A DNA stretch of 61,462 nucleotides, filler included, from Choristocarpus tenellus KU-1152 (GCA_964200185.2; 12 parts of 12 records of this genome joined end to end with filler, not necessarily neighbours in it), one strand, 5' to 3'. Positions 38,640 to 53,306 are shown, counted from the whole stretch's first letter. The notes: generated by a model not told the origin, from the sequence alone. Translations and numbers: made by a program.

Positions 38640-40800
38640 AGTAATAAAAAGAGTTGACCCTATCCAGAAATTCGTCAAGGATTCTAAATCTTCTTTCAGA
38701 AATGAATTTCATCATCTTCAAACGTTATGGACAACGCAGCACAGACCTATGGCATAGAGGCAGTAATAATATTGAATGATAATACATCAAGTAAATTCTC
38801 GATGTCTTTACTGGTGCTGCCTTGACTTGTTCGTACCCACCCGAACTTGAAAGTTGATGACAAACTTAGACATGATCGGTGTTGTTGAAGGCTGGTACTG
38901 CTTTAAAATCAAGGAGAGATAATAATACGGATTGGGTCTTTTCATCAGACAGGAAAATGTGATGGGACCAGTCCACAGTCATCAGAAATTGAACTGGACT
39001 GGGGTGCAGGCTGTCCAACGACCCCATCAAAATGTGTACTTCTCATTATGTACTAGGTGGTACTCAGCTGGCTCAGTCAGACCTCAATAAATCATGTTAT
39101 GACAGCGGAATGTTGTTAAAGGCAATGAGTGGTAATGGCGGTTTCATAAATGACACCATCAACTTTGGGTCCTAGATATTACATGTTGTGCTTCTTGACT
39201 TTATATTAGTCACCATGAGACAACTCATTTATTGCCCATGTTTCAGTCCTTCATACACCTCCCATCAGATCATAAAGTTAACAATCAAAGTGAGAGGTGC
39301 AGCATATTTGATGATATTTTCATTTTGCCACTCTATTCGAGCCTCATCACCATCAGCTTACAGGCTTGTGGATTGAAGGTACATCTCCCATAAAGGTAAA
39401 ATGCTGGGAGGGTCTGCAACAATTTATGCACCTTGAGGAAATGACAAGTTCATTCCCAGATGTACCTGGCACAATTTGGGGTATGCCCGACATATTTTGA
39501 ACAGATAAGCCTTGCCCATCTTGACCTGGCCAGTCAGGCTAACATACCATTTTCTCAAGGATTGACAAAGATTTGAACTGAACCAGCCCGCAGACTGGCT
39601 TTACAAAGAAAAAATGTATAATTGGACCGGTCCTGGACTGAACTGCCAGAATTTTCAACCAGAGGAGGCTGTGGGCTGGTATAATATCTGTGTGGCAACA
39701 CCATGCAAAAATCCAGAAAGTTGTAAATGGGGCAAAAATCGCCATCATCGTTATCATGTGGACGACACATTTTTTATATTCCCCATGAAGAGATCACAGA
39801 GTGGCAGAAAGAGGAATAGGAAGGACTATTGTGTGATTGGTCAGTAGTTCAGCACCGTTATTCATGAACTATATTCCCACCACATAGACCACTAACTTAG
39901 AGGAACTTAAATATCCATGCACATCGTGCAAAACGTTTCTCAACATCAAAAGGCGAAAACCTGCCTCACTCAAGGAGGGGAGTAGTTGTCATCATCGGTT
40001 CTCAGAATCTACTGTAACAAAGAGTGTGGGGTAGAGATGCATACATAGGTAGCCAGTTACATTTTAAACCAATAGCACAACTGCAGTGGTACATCGAGCC
40101 AATCAAATGCATTTGCCTAGGAAAGCATGTCAATCTTTGCATCACTCATATCAATGTGTGGAAAGTAGTGGGAAACTGTTTCTCCCCCCCCAAAACTTGG
40201 ATGGTCAAAGTGAGGCACCTCTTGTTATCACCCCACTCTCCCGGGTCAAAGAGGTAAACAAATCATCATAGGAATGTCCTCCAATCTGTGTACCAATTTC
40301 TTCTGGTTGATATATAGAGCATGACTATCCAGAAGGACTGCTCAGTGAGTCAAAGCGCCAAACGCGCATCATCTCCAAAAGTGACATCGAAGAGCACTAT
40401 CCATACTAACTTCCAACAGACGGACACCATGAAAGACAGATACTACCTCACAGCCACATTATCAGTCATGTCAACTTGAAGGGTTAGGGCAGGCTGTGGT
40501 GTGATCGAATTATATTGGTCCAATACAGCAAACCGTCTCGTTAATATTCATCTAATCGTTTTTCCCCTCCCTATCACTAATTCTTTTTTCTTTTGTCGGA
40601 AAGACTTGCAGCCCGTGACCTATCGCCCCTCTGCAAGAGACCCCAATACTCAACAAAGGATGCAAAATCGGAACTCTCTAGTGCGAGCTTGGGCTTGCCC
40701 AGCATTCCAGCCAAGAGGGATCTCACCTGATAATATAGGTAAGAACAGTAGGCAGTAGTGTGTTGAAGACAAGGAGGCATAATGGGAATATGTACGTACA
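38640..40800 (+). mobile_element. Heavily decayed reverse-transcriptase relic, probably Penelope-like
   Basis: Ordered broken motifs: FVKDS (~38675), RYHVDDTF (~39750, cf. RYVDDxF), FLNI (~39937), LHF (~40058) and NIGKNSRQ (~40732, cf. GIY-YIG YIGxTxR). Many stops and frameshifts. Confidence 0.45.
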
Positions 40801-42458
40801 ACAATTTGCGAAATTAAGGATTCGACTGCATATTGCACCCAAAGTGAAGTAAGCTTCAACAGTGGTTAGAGATCGCTAAGAACTTGAAAAGTCACATCCA
40901 AAGATCTTTCTAATGCCAAGGGGTGGGGGGCATGGTACACCACCTACTGATATGAACAGTTTCCTGAAAATAAGAAAAATATCTCAAGAGTCAGAGCATG
41001 CAATCTCCCTGCAGCCAAACTTTGCATACTTTGCACTAATGAAAAAAGACACACTACATTGTACTTAAGAGTACAATGTGATTTGCCGCATATAATACCT
41101 AAGAAAAAAAGGTATGGGTTTCATCGTTTCTAAACCGCTACAGACCTGGCCACAGGTTATCGCAGTGAGAAGTCGGTCACAAGCTGCTTTATTATTTTTT
41201 TTTTAATCGATGACATCGAACAACAGATGTTAGAAAAAAAATCGACGCTAACATGGTCTTGCCATTGAACATTTTAGCTCCATCTTACCTTTCTCATCAT
41301 GACAAGTTCTGATTTTTCTCAACTCTAGGCGTCCACGTAAAATCAACGCATATAAATATACATACAATCACTCTTATTCAAGGGCAAAACATTCCTACCA
41401 TCCCACCAAAAGCCTGAAACCATAGAACAGAGGAAAATGGGTGGAATAACACCTGTTGAGGGGATGAACTCATCACCCACACCTGTACCAACAATATCGA
41501 CAAGACTTCTCCAAGGCGTGATCTGCAATTCACCACTACCACACTGCTTAGAACACAAAACAAACGCCTTCCTTTAACATTACATCACGAACAAAACATA
41601 CAGCATGTAAGAAGGTTAGAGTTCGATGGTGATTTTTTCTTCTTAGCTTATACTAATTTTGGGTTAAAGCTAGGGTTGGGGATGGAGTTCAGAATGATAA
41701 CCTGACTACATTCACCCCAAATTAACTCACAAGGAACAGCAATATATAGAAAAAAAGGGATTCCAGGGCGTTGATTCACACAGGCATGTAAATAAAATCA
41801 ATAAAATACTACTTCAAAAAGCTTCTTAAAATAAAAATAAAAATAAAAATGCATGCGCAGAATTGTAACTGGTATCAGAAAAATCTTATCAAGCCTTTTA
41901 TTTTAAACTCATCAAAAATACGTATTTCAGCACCTAAAAAAAACAAAAACAAAACCAAATCGAATTGAGGTGAAAAAGTGGCATCCCTGTGCAGGACGCT
42001 CGCAATACAAGGGAATAGGCACGTTGCCCATGGCAACAACAAACAAGACTCACCCCCTCTGTCCACATGCCAGGAGTTTGCTTGGGTGTCTTGATCACCT
42101 TCTTCCCCGTTTCCCCTACACCTTTTTGATCTCCCCCCNNNNNNNNNNNNNNNNNNNNNNNNNNNNNNNNNNNNNNNNNNNNTTAATTAATTAANNNNNN
42201 NNNNNNNNNNNNNNNNNNNNNNNNNNNNNNNNNNNNNNGGGGGTGGGGGGTGGTGAGAGATGCGCATATGTGTAATATTTGAGTTTTACATAGTGAAATA
42301 TAGGCCCAAGTAGGTGCAAGAAAGGGTTAGGGTTAGGGTTGGTATGAAAAGAGAGGGGGGACAGAGATTCTGGGAAGAAAAATAAATTAGATTTGTGTTC
42401 TTAAAAAAAAATCGGTTCTATAACCTCAACGAGGGAAGTAAAAATGTAGAATCGATAG

Positions 42459-44946
42459 CGTAGTACGCCTGTTATCTCACCATTTTCCGACAATGCTCAA
42501 GATCATGATCGTCAATACGATTTTGAAGCATGGGCCGGCATTGATCTGCCCACCTTAGATATGTCGAGATTACAAACAGCCGAATGGTCTGTTCCCTTTA
42601 TACCATTCGGGTCATCTTTCGGTGCTTCCTCTCCTGATGAATCAGGATGTAGGAACCATTTCGATGGCGATAATATGGTTGTGTGTGTTGAAGGCGACCA
42701 TGAGGAAGAGCCCTGTCCATTCTGGTGGACAAACACTGCTTTGATGGGAGTGGGGGCGGTATTCATGAGGTTTTTCGTGAATATAACCCAGGGCAACGCC
42801 CGTGCTCAGGAGTGTAGGGATGGAGAGGATCGTGCTCCTTCAATACTGGGACGTATGTTGAGTGCGGCAAGGCACTACGTTTCACAGGCATCCAGTGCTG
42901 GGAGTTCAGTGTGGGAACGCGCCATGAGGAGCCTTTTTGGTGGTCGTGGAGAGAATAGCGGAGGATCTGATGGAGGAGGGGATACTGTTAGTGCAAGTGC
43001 AGCGTCTTTTGTCTCCTCATCTTGTACAGAGAATCGCTGCAAACTCTGGCGCAAGCTTGCCTCATCGTTTTTTATCGAGGACACAGGCGGAGCACAACCT
43101 TCGACAGCTAACACGAAGCACCATCGCCAGGGTAGTGATGAATTGATAATGCTGGACATTCCTCGTCTGCCAGGGATGTTGAAGGAGAAGGAGGCCATCG
43201 CAAGGGTGCTTGGGCGGTTTGCCAGACTATTCCCTGACCTGGGGTATATCCAGGTGAGATCTTGGATTGTAAACATGAACGAATGAGCTGTGATAAGAAG
43301 ACTTTGGCTCCAGGGTTGTATTAGACACTAGAGTTAAGGGATTTGTCAAAGTAGGAGGGACAATGATCTTGTATGCAGCGATGGTAGGGAGGAGAGGTGA
43401 GGTTTCATGAGGCATGAGACTTTGTAGTTACCAAATTATACAGGTGCTCTGTGTTGGCTTTAGATGACCACCGGGTCTCAAGATACAGGCATACTCCATA
43501 CATGTTTGGGGGGTTCATAAACTCCCCTTTGTGGTCTTTGGTATTGGCTCCATATATTTAGTCTATGCATTCACATTGAACCATTCTATTTTTTATTGGA
43601 AGCAAGCCCTGTTATTATTGACATTGAAATACATTAGTATGTTGTTCTTTTCTGCTCTTCCTCTATGTGCTAGATCATTCTGGATTTTCCTTTAAAGGTC
43701 TTTATTAATTCCTCAGGTCTGCTGATGAGAGATATTCCTTGTTCTCTGACAGGCGATACCGCCTTCTATTTTCATTCAAACTCATGGTAGGATCCCAAAT
43801 AAGATAAATGATGTAAGACCTGTCCACTGTCCTCCTGTAGGATATTTATTTTTGGTCTGGGGGGGGGTTGGGTAGCGTAGTTTTGTGTGCTTTCACTGAT
43901 ATGTTTCCATCATTTTGCTTGGGATCAATGCCCACTCTTTCCCCAGCAATGGACTTGATACCCTCCATGATACATTGTTCTCAATATCTTGATGACAATG
44001 TGTAAGTGGTGCATCCATGAGATAAAGTATCTTAGAGGGTAGAGCAGGGTCCATTTCGGGACCAAAACGGTTTTGATGTAATTTTGGCTATCTTGTTTGT
44101 TAGGGAGTGTCGATATCCTTGTTCCTGACAAGCATTTTATGTCGTATACTTTTTTCCTACTCAGAAATATCTTGGAGTAGGAAAATGCCATAAAAACCCC
44201 GAGGGAAGCCAAGCCCCAAATGGACAAAGAGGGAAAAAATCGTACCCTCTAAGATGCTTTCACTCCTTTAGGACCTGCGCTTGGCGCTTGAGTGTGCTTG
44301 TTGGTCATTTCTCAGTCCATTTTTTCTGTTTATGTGGGACTCATTCAGCCCATTTCACGTGAACACTATATGCATCGCCCGAACCCCTAACCCCTCTTCC
44401 TCAGTGTCATTTCTCATTGACACAAAGTATCTGCGGGGGGGGGGAGTCTACACCAGGGTCTCCATTGTGGTCAAAATCAGGAAAAAAGTGCATTTACATT
44501 ATCCATCCGACGTATGCACAACCAAAATCACCCAAAAATCGCGATATGAAAAAATTGACCCCAAACGGACAGCCACCGCCACCCCCCACCCCCCACCAGA
44601 TACTTTGAGCCATTTTCCTGTACATCAAAACCCTTTGTCTATCCCCTTCTCCGCCATGATACATTAATCCTCACCCTCTGGCAGTCCCTCTTGACACTTT
44701 TTTTTTTTCTCTCTTTCTGCCAAAACAATTCTACCCCCTCACTCACCTCTCTTCTTGCCCGGCGGCCTCCTGCAGGGGTTTGACAATATAGCTAAGTTTA
44801 TATATGTGTCTATCGGGAAGGATGAGGATGCTACTTTGGCAATCCTTCAGAAGGTGGCCGTTCCTGTGGGAAGGCTTATGTTTCCTGGCGGCGATGACGA
44901 ATCTGCATCACCATCACCGTCACCATCACTGTCTTGTCTGGACAAG
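42459..44946 (+). CDS. TBC-domain Rab GTPase-activating protein, exons ~42459-43253 and 44776-44946 (partial)
   Basis: LIMLDIPR (IxxDxxR arginine finger) and RVLGRFARLFPDLGYIQ|GFDNIA (GYxQG glutamine finger) are joined across a phase-0 intron. The 5' boundary of the first exon is uncertain. Confidence 0.85.
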
Positions 44947-45801
44947 GTGTGAGGGTGTGGGTATTGATTGCATCCCCTGTAACAATATTTGCATTCCCCG
45001 TAGTCCTAGCCCCCTTTGCTTCTCCCCAACCTCAGTGAGAAATATAGATCACTTAACCCCAACACATTCCGAAATTTTCCTTGTGTTTTTTTTTTTGTTC
45101 CTTAAGTAGGGTGACATCAGTGTCTCCAATGGGCTGAAGGGGCGTCGCACACTCCTCATGTAGAGCTCTATGCGACACATTAATTATAATTCGAATTATT
45201 GTAGGTTTCCGTCATCTCAGTTGACTCTTGACTTTAGGTGGGTAGCCCTAACCCCTTGAGTGTGCTGTTGTTCAAGGGAAAAATAGGTGCTCTAAATTTG
45301 TTCTGAAGGAGGATAACGAAATGTGTGTACATGAAGCACTCGGTACATTTTTTTTTTCCTCTTTTGAGAGGGTAAATAAATAAATAAACGTTTTTGTTGT
45401 ATGGCCTTTTTTGTGTTGAGTAAAAGTATCTTTAGAGGGTACGAGTTTTGCCCTGTTTGTCCATTTGGGGCTTGGGTTCCCACGTGGGTTATTAATGGCA
45501 TTTTACCGACTCCAAAATGTTTCGGAGTAGGTAAAATGTATACGTTATGAAAAGGTGTGTCTGGAACAAGGATGTTGACATCTCCTAACAAACATGATAG
45601 TCAAAATTACATCAATATTGCAACATTGGATTTGGCCTCCAAATGGACATGACTCTACCCTCTAAGATACTTTGACAAGTTTCTTCATATTTCAGATATG
45701 CTGAGAGCATTTGTGTGAATTTTGACCTGCATTCGCCTGCTGTACAGAGATGATTACATTGAGTCGATTTTTCTTCCTACTCCACCAGGTCCAAAGTATC
45801 T

Positions 45802-45837
<36 letters not shown>

Positions 45838-46079
45838 ATGGGGGGGATTTTTTTTTTTNNNNNNNNNNNNNNNNNNNNNNNNNNNNNNNNNNNNNNNNNN
45901 NNTTAATTAATTAANNNNNNNNNNNNNNNNNNNNNNNNNNNNNNNNNNNNNNNNNNNNCCACACCCCTCCCCCCACCCTCTCCTATACCTTTGCCCCGCT
46001 TGACATCAACCCCCCCCCCCCCCCCCCCCCCTCTTGTGTCGTTGGGTGCCTTGACCTATGGGGAGGTTGGCAACATTAG

Positions 46080-47782
46080 ATCAATTTTGGAGACTACTTC
46101 CACCTGGTGTGTGACCCAGGCCTGCACCTCGACACCCGATCAGGGCTGCTGAAACCTCATCTTTACCTGGCCTCAGGTGAAGTCGAGGTTTTGGATTTGT
46201 AATCGTAACCTGTCCAAACCTATCGGTCTCGAGCTACCTAACCTAACAGAAACCCAACCCCAAAATAAGTGCCCAGTCAAATACCTCGAGCTGAACTGAT
46301 ACTACCACTGAGGCTTCAGGGGTGAAGGGGAAGAGTAACAAGCATGTGTAGGAGGGTTGGGAATACCTGACTGTTGGTACAATGGTAGGTCAGATAGAAT
46401 GTCGAAAAATCGGTCTTCCTGGAACTTTCGAGATCATGCAGTCTGGCCTTGGCTGGGATGGATTCTCTAAGACAGCTAATATTGATAAATTGCATACAAT
46501 CACGATCATAATTGCACAGTCCAGAATTAGAATTCAGAAAGCAGGATTCTGGCAGGTTCCGGCTGCCCAAGGCACCGCCTACTGACTTCTGTGATATTGA
46601 TCTGATGTCTGCTTACATATGCATCACTAGGGGTACACGCTATGTCCTTCAGTAGTTACTGCATGTGGTAGTGAGGCTACAGTTGTGTGAGACAGACACT
46701 AAGTGATAGAGTACTTAGTGGCAGTTTTGTGAAAACCTGTGAGTTGTGGTGTTTGGTGCTTGATGTCTGACTTATGAGGTTTTCAAGTGTTGGATATATT
46801 GTGATCTTGTGGCTGGAGAAGGTGATGCTTGCTCGCATGGGAGCACTAGTGTGGGGATCAAGTCCAAGGCATGTGAGTCCACCTACGCAAAGGTTGTCAC
46901 AGCTTACTGGCTTTTTGAATATCGACTGAGGCAAAAAAGCCCATTCCATCATACATCATGCCAGGAAATATATCACACACACAGTAGCCTTTTGAAGGGG
47001 TGTATTAGAAGCACAAGTCCTACTGGAAAAACTAAAGCTAGTCTTCACTTAGTCTTCATATACATCGACTCACTAGTCCTCCTTCAAGGAGGCATCAACT
47101 CAGCCAAAAACCCGAGCATTATTACCCAACAAACGAAGAAGAACAAAGATTGAAAAGGACATGTTCAATCTAAAATATTCATCGATTTTTTCTGGTTCAG
47201 ATATCGTTCAACATTTGCCAAGAATAGACTCTGCAAATTTGAATTACATTTGTGTAATGAGTCTACCAGATCTCAACTTCATAGCCTTCCATTGCAAAAA
47301 GAGATCCTACTGGGGTGGTACATTCAGCAGGATGGATAAGGTTGTGTTGAGAGCCCCCCTCCCTGCACCACCATTGTGGTGCCACGGGCTTGGCCCAGAG
47401 CTTCTCATATTTCTTTTGCAGTGTCCTCATGTATGGCGACATACAACTTTTACAGCATTCAACTTCCATTCCATCTCCTTTGTATCATCCTGTGCCCAAG
47501 AGGGCATTACTCGAGTAGATCAGTATTGTTACCAACCCACACATGCACTCACGTAAAGGTGTGTCTAATAAGTGCACTCAATAAAAAAAACCCACGTCAC
47601 CCCTTGCAGCATTAAAGACAGAGAGCAAAACGAGCAAAGTGTCTAACAGGCAAGCTGTATATCTGCGAAGTGGACCGCCAAACAGTAGTACCGTGTGGAA
47701 GTTCCAAAGGGCCAGCTCCGGGAGGGACAGGGCTAATGAAAGGGCCGTGGCAGAGGACATGCTTGTCAAGGCAGGGACAACG
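46080..47782 (+). CDS. CFAP161: Probable cilia/flagella-associated protein CFAP161-like, exons 46080-46176 and 47610-47782
   Basis: A phase-1 join gives INFGDYFHLVCDPGLHLDTRSGLLKPHLYLAS-ALKTESKTSKVSNRQAVYL..STVWKF..ERAVAEDMLVKAG, recalling the CFAP161 YGxxFxL..LYLxS..SKxSxxQxV..VW pattern. Recognised from memory, not searched. Confidence 0.6.
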
Positions 47783-49799
47783 GTACGGTCTTTCCTGGCA
47801 TTTGTCGGTATTTCCATTGAAGAGGGATGGGGCTGTTTAGTTTAGATTGAAGAAAAACCTATGTTGTTGGTTTGTAGTGGCCGCCTCTCAGAAGTTCGCT
47901 TCAAAACAAAAGAATTATGCTCTGCAATTGCAGTAGTCAATTACTTCCTCCCTCCCAACCTTATGTGCTTATCGAACTTGTTGTATCTCAGTCATACCGA
48001 GCAGGCATTGTATCGAGCTCATCTTTTCGACCTAAGATTGGGAGAATAATATACCATGTATTTGTTCTGTGGGGTGGGAAGGGGGGATGAGGGAGTGCGA
48101 AATTAACTGTCATTCCCAAAGAGAAGAAGAAAGACATGCACCAAATAACTATACTATCAATTGTTAGATCAGCCCATAAATAATGACTCAGGACTGAGGT
48201 AGATCTAAATCTAGTTCATGCCATTGAGGTATGGGTAGGTAAGTAGAGGTCTGGTGCAGGTTCAATTTCTGTCAGCCTCAGACGGACCGTCAGGTTTGTC
48301 TTTTCTTTGATTATTATATCTGCATTTTGTCACTGGCCCATAGAGTTAGTAAACTTCATGGCAATGAGCCCCTTTTACTGGTAGTCCTTTTGCCTGGGAG
48401 TACTGTCATCTTCCAGTGACCAAGCAAGAGGCTCAAAGAATCTGGGGGAGGGTGGCGGCTGTCCATTTGGGACCAACTCTTTCAAGTAGCAATTTTTGGG
48501 TGATTTGGTCACATACGTCGGATAGATAATGTAAGTATACTTTTCCTGGTCATGCCCCAAATGGACACCCTGGTGTAGACCCGACGGAACCCCTTCCGAC
48601 NNNNNNNNNNNNNNNNNNNNNNNNNNNNNNNNNNNNNNNNNNNNTTAATTAATTAANNNNNNNNNNNNNNNNNNNNNNNNNNNNNNNNNNNNNNNNNNNN
48701 CCCCCCCTCCCCCCCCCCAGATACTTTGGGTCAAACACTCAGAGTCAAAGCATTTAAGAGGGTAGGAGCCGCATCCATTTTGGGGTCCGAAATCCAATGT
48801 TGCGATTTTGATGCAATTTTGGCTATCGTGTTTGTTAGCAAGTGTCAATATCCTTGCTCTGGACACACGTTTCATAGTTGTGTACATTGTACCTACTCTA
48901 AAATGTATCCATTTGGGGTCCAAAATCCAATGTTGCTACATTTTACCTACTCCAAAATGTATCCATTTGGGGGTCCAAAATCCAATGTTGCGATTTTGAT
49001 GCAATTTTGGCTATCGTGTTTGTTAGCAAGTGACAATATCCTTGTTCTGGACACACCTTTCACAGTCGTACACATTTTACCTACTACTCCAAAATGTTTT
49101 GAAAACCGATTAAAGGGCATAAAAAATCGGTGGGAAACCAAGCCCTGAACTCCCACCGTGAACAAAGAGGTCAAAACTCCCACCCTCTTAAATGCTTTGG
49201 GTCTCACAGAATCAGCAACTGCAGTCAACCCTTCCGATGTTTTATTGAAGGAAATGTATCTGTGGTGTCAATGCTGAGGTTTGAACCAAAATGGGACAAA
49301 AAACACGGCAGTAATGCCAAACTCGACTGTGGTGGAAGGGATGGGTAAATAATGGATAGAAAGCAAATCCTCACCTCAAAATGCAAGGGATCCAACTTCC
49401 AAGACACCAACCTATATGAAATTGGAATCGAAAAATTGTCATTCCCTCATTTTTTGTTCCCTTTTCCTCCTCCCCCCCCCTCCCAACCACTTCCCCCACC
49501 AACCCACCTCTGGAATGATGGCAATGTGCCACGAATCACTCCACCTTCCATCTTCCGCATCTACTCTTGTCAGTGTCAAGCCGCCCACATAAGCAAAAAA
49601 TTCATCTAGCTCCATATGCAATGCAGAAAAACCAAGGGCATACCGCATTTCCAAGCCAAACAAGGGCAAGAAGACAAGGAAGAACGAGGTGGAAAAGGAG
49701 TGAGTGCTGTAGGGCAATTTTGCACGTTTCAACATGGGATTAGAGGGATGGGAATCACGGAAAGCAAGGAGAGATATCCTGGGAGTCAAGGAGATCCCA

Positions 49800-50480
49800 G
49801 TTGCGTTTCCTCAAGAATGGAAAAATTCATAGATGCAACTGAATTCTTGCTCACAAGAAGGTCTGCTCACTGATTTGTCAAAGATCTACAATGGATGTGC
49901 TGGTTGCTTGAAGTGTATATATTGGATTTCCCTGAGGACCTTTAAAAGCTGAAAATAACGGCAAGTCACTGCAAAAATGGTGCAACCGCCAGCCATGGAA
50001 AGACGACCATATTGGTGGGTGCTCCTTTCAATGACATTAACAACACATCTTTCTAAGGAGCCTTAGGGCCAGTGGCTATCACACACAAGCACCTCCTGTT
50101 CCTGATGCCCCAGCTCTTACCCTTGTCTCCATCTCTCACCGCCCGCGAAAGCATCCCACCATTGAATGTGGTTTTTTCAACATGATGCAATCTAGGCGGG
50201 AGATCAGAGCCCACAAGACCTCTGCTTGAGTGTGTTGGGCAAGACAAGTATGGAAGGGGGAGGTGATAGCATCAGTGAGTTGGGGTCAGCCGTGGCAATA
50301 GTGCAAACAAGGCACATACGCAAGAAGGCATAGAGGTAGGGTATAGTAGTCCTTGACCAGACGAAAAGGTCACAATCCCAGATGTGTGCACAGAGTGTCG
50401 CATAGACATGCCAACCAATGCACTGCAGCAATATCTAGCACCAGGCTTCAACATTCAAATGGTTCAGGCATAAGAAATCA
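49800..50480 (+). pseudogene. Possible tyrosine recombinase relic (DIRS/Crypton type)
   Basis: Broken frame FLLTRRSA..LKITASHCKNG..GKT..GPVAI resembles the YR FxxxRxSE / LxIxxSKT..G / CPV succession. Several stops. Confidence 0.3.
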
Positions 50481-52761
50481 CTGCTGGTCAAAATGGTGAG
50501 AAGTTGTTGGGCGACCTAATCCTGATTCTAGATCTAAGTCTCATTGGATCTCCTTTGTGCCATTTTCCCATTTACGTGGCATCCACGTCTCTATGACTCA
50601 CAATACAGTTGGCACCTGGAATATAACGGCCATCAATATACTCCTGGACCAGTTACAAAGTACCTTTGAAGGCATCTAATGGGGGTGATTCAATTGCGTA
50701 CACATCAGGTTACCCTGGAGTAGGAGTTATCGATTGCAATCTTTAGATGAATCCCTTTTCCTGAGGGCACAATTGGGTCTTTTCATGTGCGAACCCTAGC
50801 ATGTACAACCTCCAGCAAAGGAGATGTTCGAGTTAGGCTAAAAAGATCCTCATTCAACCTTTGTCTTGGACTTCAAAAACGGTCGGAACTGTGTCGATGT
50901 AGAACTCGGCGACAACAATGATTTGCTTTGGGATCAAGGAAACCACCCGTCTATATATATATATATATCTGAAGCTACCTATGTGCATATGTTGTCTTGC
51001 ATCTATACATACACTACTCCTTTCTATAAATATATGCAACTCTAGATGCTTCTTGAGTGATGGTCTAAAAATCACCCTTAAGGCGGCAGGTTGCTGTGAA
51101 CTCTAAGACTCTGTGCTCGATCTTGTGGCATCTTGCAATTCCAAGGAAGTGTCCTTGCCTCTGAGGGTTCACCTCGAGTTACTGTGAAGTACAATATAGC
51201 TCCGGGCAACTCTGGGAACGATATATTTTGCTCCCCTCCATCTTCACACCAATATCCTAAAGGAGTAAGGACATGCGGGTTGTGCCGTACACGAAAATGG
51301 AGTTGTCGTACCAGATTGTTCCCTTTCAACTTCATGTCTTGCCAGCAGTGTGTCCTTAGTGACTCCGACTCGAATCTAAGAGTACAAGTCTTATTTGGGA
51401 CGACACAGCAACAAACCTTACAAATGCCACACTGAGTCACCAAATTCTGTTTAGCTCCTTCTACGTTTCAATCCATGGGTACATACTAGTACCAGTTGCT
51501 TGGGTACTCAGTTTATGCTGATGGGGTTTCGTAAAGTCCGCTCTAGACAGAAAGCAAGTTCTCATCGGGGCCTTACACCAGACCCAGTAGCCGTGACAGG
51601 GCCAGGTCGCAAGCTGGCTCTGCAAGAACTTGTTTTAAGGCCTGGGCAAGGGCCATAGGAACTTTTGTGCGTCCAGGCTGGAAGTCAGTTCTACACAAGT
51701 GTGTTTTTGAAGGGCCAAGCGAGAACCATAGGGATTTTAGTGAGGCTGGGCTGTGGTCTGGCTCTGGCAAGAATTAGTTCGAAAAAGAGTGGGCCTGGTC
51801 ATGAAGATTGTTCAAAATGTTCAAACTATAAAATTTTATGTTGTTTAATACCGTAATTATTCAAAAACCCTTAGGTAATATTGACCCAAAGTGTCTGGGG
51901 GGGGGGGTANNNNNNNNNNNNNNNNNNNNNNNNNNNNNNNNNNNNNNNNNNNNTTAATTAATTAANNNNNNNNNNNNNNNNNNNNNNNNNNNNNNNNNNN
52001 NNNNNNNNNTATACCCACCCCTCCAGGCGGAAGTGAGCTTCCAATCCCCCCCCCCCCCCCAAGTGGAAGCACAGGTGCACTTGGTTGGAGGATCTTCACA
52101 ACTTTCACTAGTGAGAGACGTGAGTTTGCCTTCGCAGGTGAAGGTGGGGCACCTTGGGGGGGGAGGAAGGGGGGAATAGGGGCAATATAAATTTCAGTGC
52201 AGATGAGAAGCAGGAAAAATGCAGAAGCAAAGGATAAGATCAGTTGAAGCGATAGTTTTCGACTCAGCTCTTTAATATTACAAAGGATTCACTACAGCAG
52301 AAACTGCAACTGAAATAGCACTGTAACAACCTTATTTTATGTACGATCTGTGGATACTATCAATGGTTTGACAGTGGGAAGAGTATAAGAAAGACAATGT
52401 GACTTGATTTCTTGCCTCAATGATTGACTAACATTGGGTGCTGCATTGAATTCTATGACCCTAACCAAGTCCTATAACCCTCATCGTAAGAGGATTGTGA
52501 CTCTTCAAAATGTTAATGAGGAGGTTTGCCGGACTAACTTTGCTCCAGAAACGAATCCTATAGCATACCGCATTAGCTGTTGTATTTATCACAACAATAG
52601 AATATTCACCAGTACGCCATTACTTGAGGTGCGACCTTATATGCTCCCCATCCACCACCCCCCAAACCCATATTCTCAACCAATTCTCCGCACAACTGCA
52701 ACCACATTGCATTGGACAAACCTTCCTTCAATCTATCCTCCTGCCCGAGCTACTACCTATA

Positions 52762-53161
52762 GCACCGAACACGAACTTCCACGTCGAGAGTTACTGGGAT
52801 TCTCTGATTCCAACGAGGAGATTAAGAAGGTCGAACTTGTGCGCGTGATGTCACTCCAAAGGAGAAGACCGAAGCGGAATTCTGAATGTGTAACGTCTGG
52901 GTGATGAATTTTCAAGTCAATGAAGGCTCTGCTGTTGCCTATATCTGTACGGACTGCTTACTTCGGACATTACACAGTGTATAAGCAAACAGACACAGAG
53001 GGACGCACCTATATTGCAGCTGGTGGGAGAGGCGGGAGCCACTGATAGTGATGAATTTGGTCGGGCTGGTACCTTTGGTGCAGCCTGCTTGTTCGCAGAA
53101 GCAGTCACGGCTTTCTTGGCCATACCTATCCCTTCCCTGTATTTCTATATGGGATGTTAAG
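52762..53161 (+). CDS. Putative pair of exons of an unidentified gene (~52762-52829, ~53020-53161)
   Basis: AG/GT-bounded, phase-compatible open segments (PNTNFHVESYWDSLIPTRRLR-SWWERREPL..IWDVK). Reading frame is ambiguous and no domain was recognised. Confidence 0.3.
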
Positions 53162-53272
53162 GTGTGCACCTGAATTGTTGCGGAGACGTACAGCTACTTC
53201 GACTCGAGAAGTGGCAGAATCAGGTAGGTGTCACTCAGCTGCAGAGTGGCGGAGTAGAGATGTGCGGCTATT

Positions 53273-53306
<34 letters not shown>

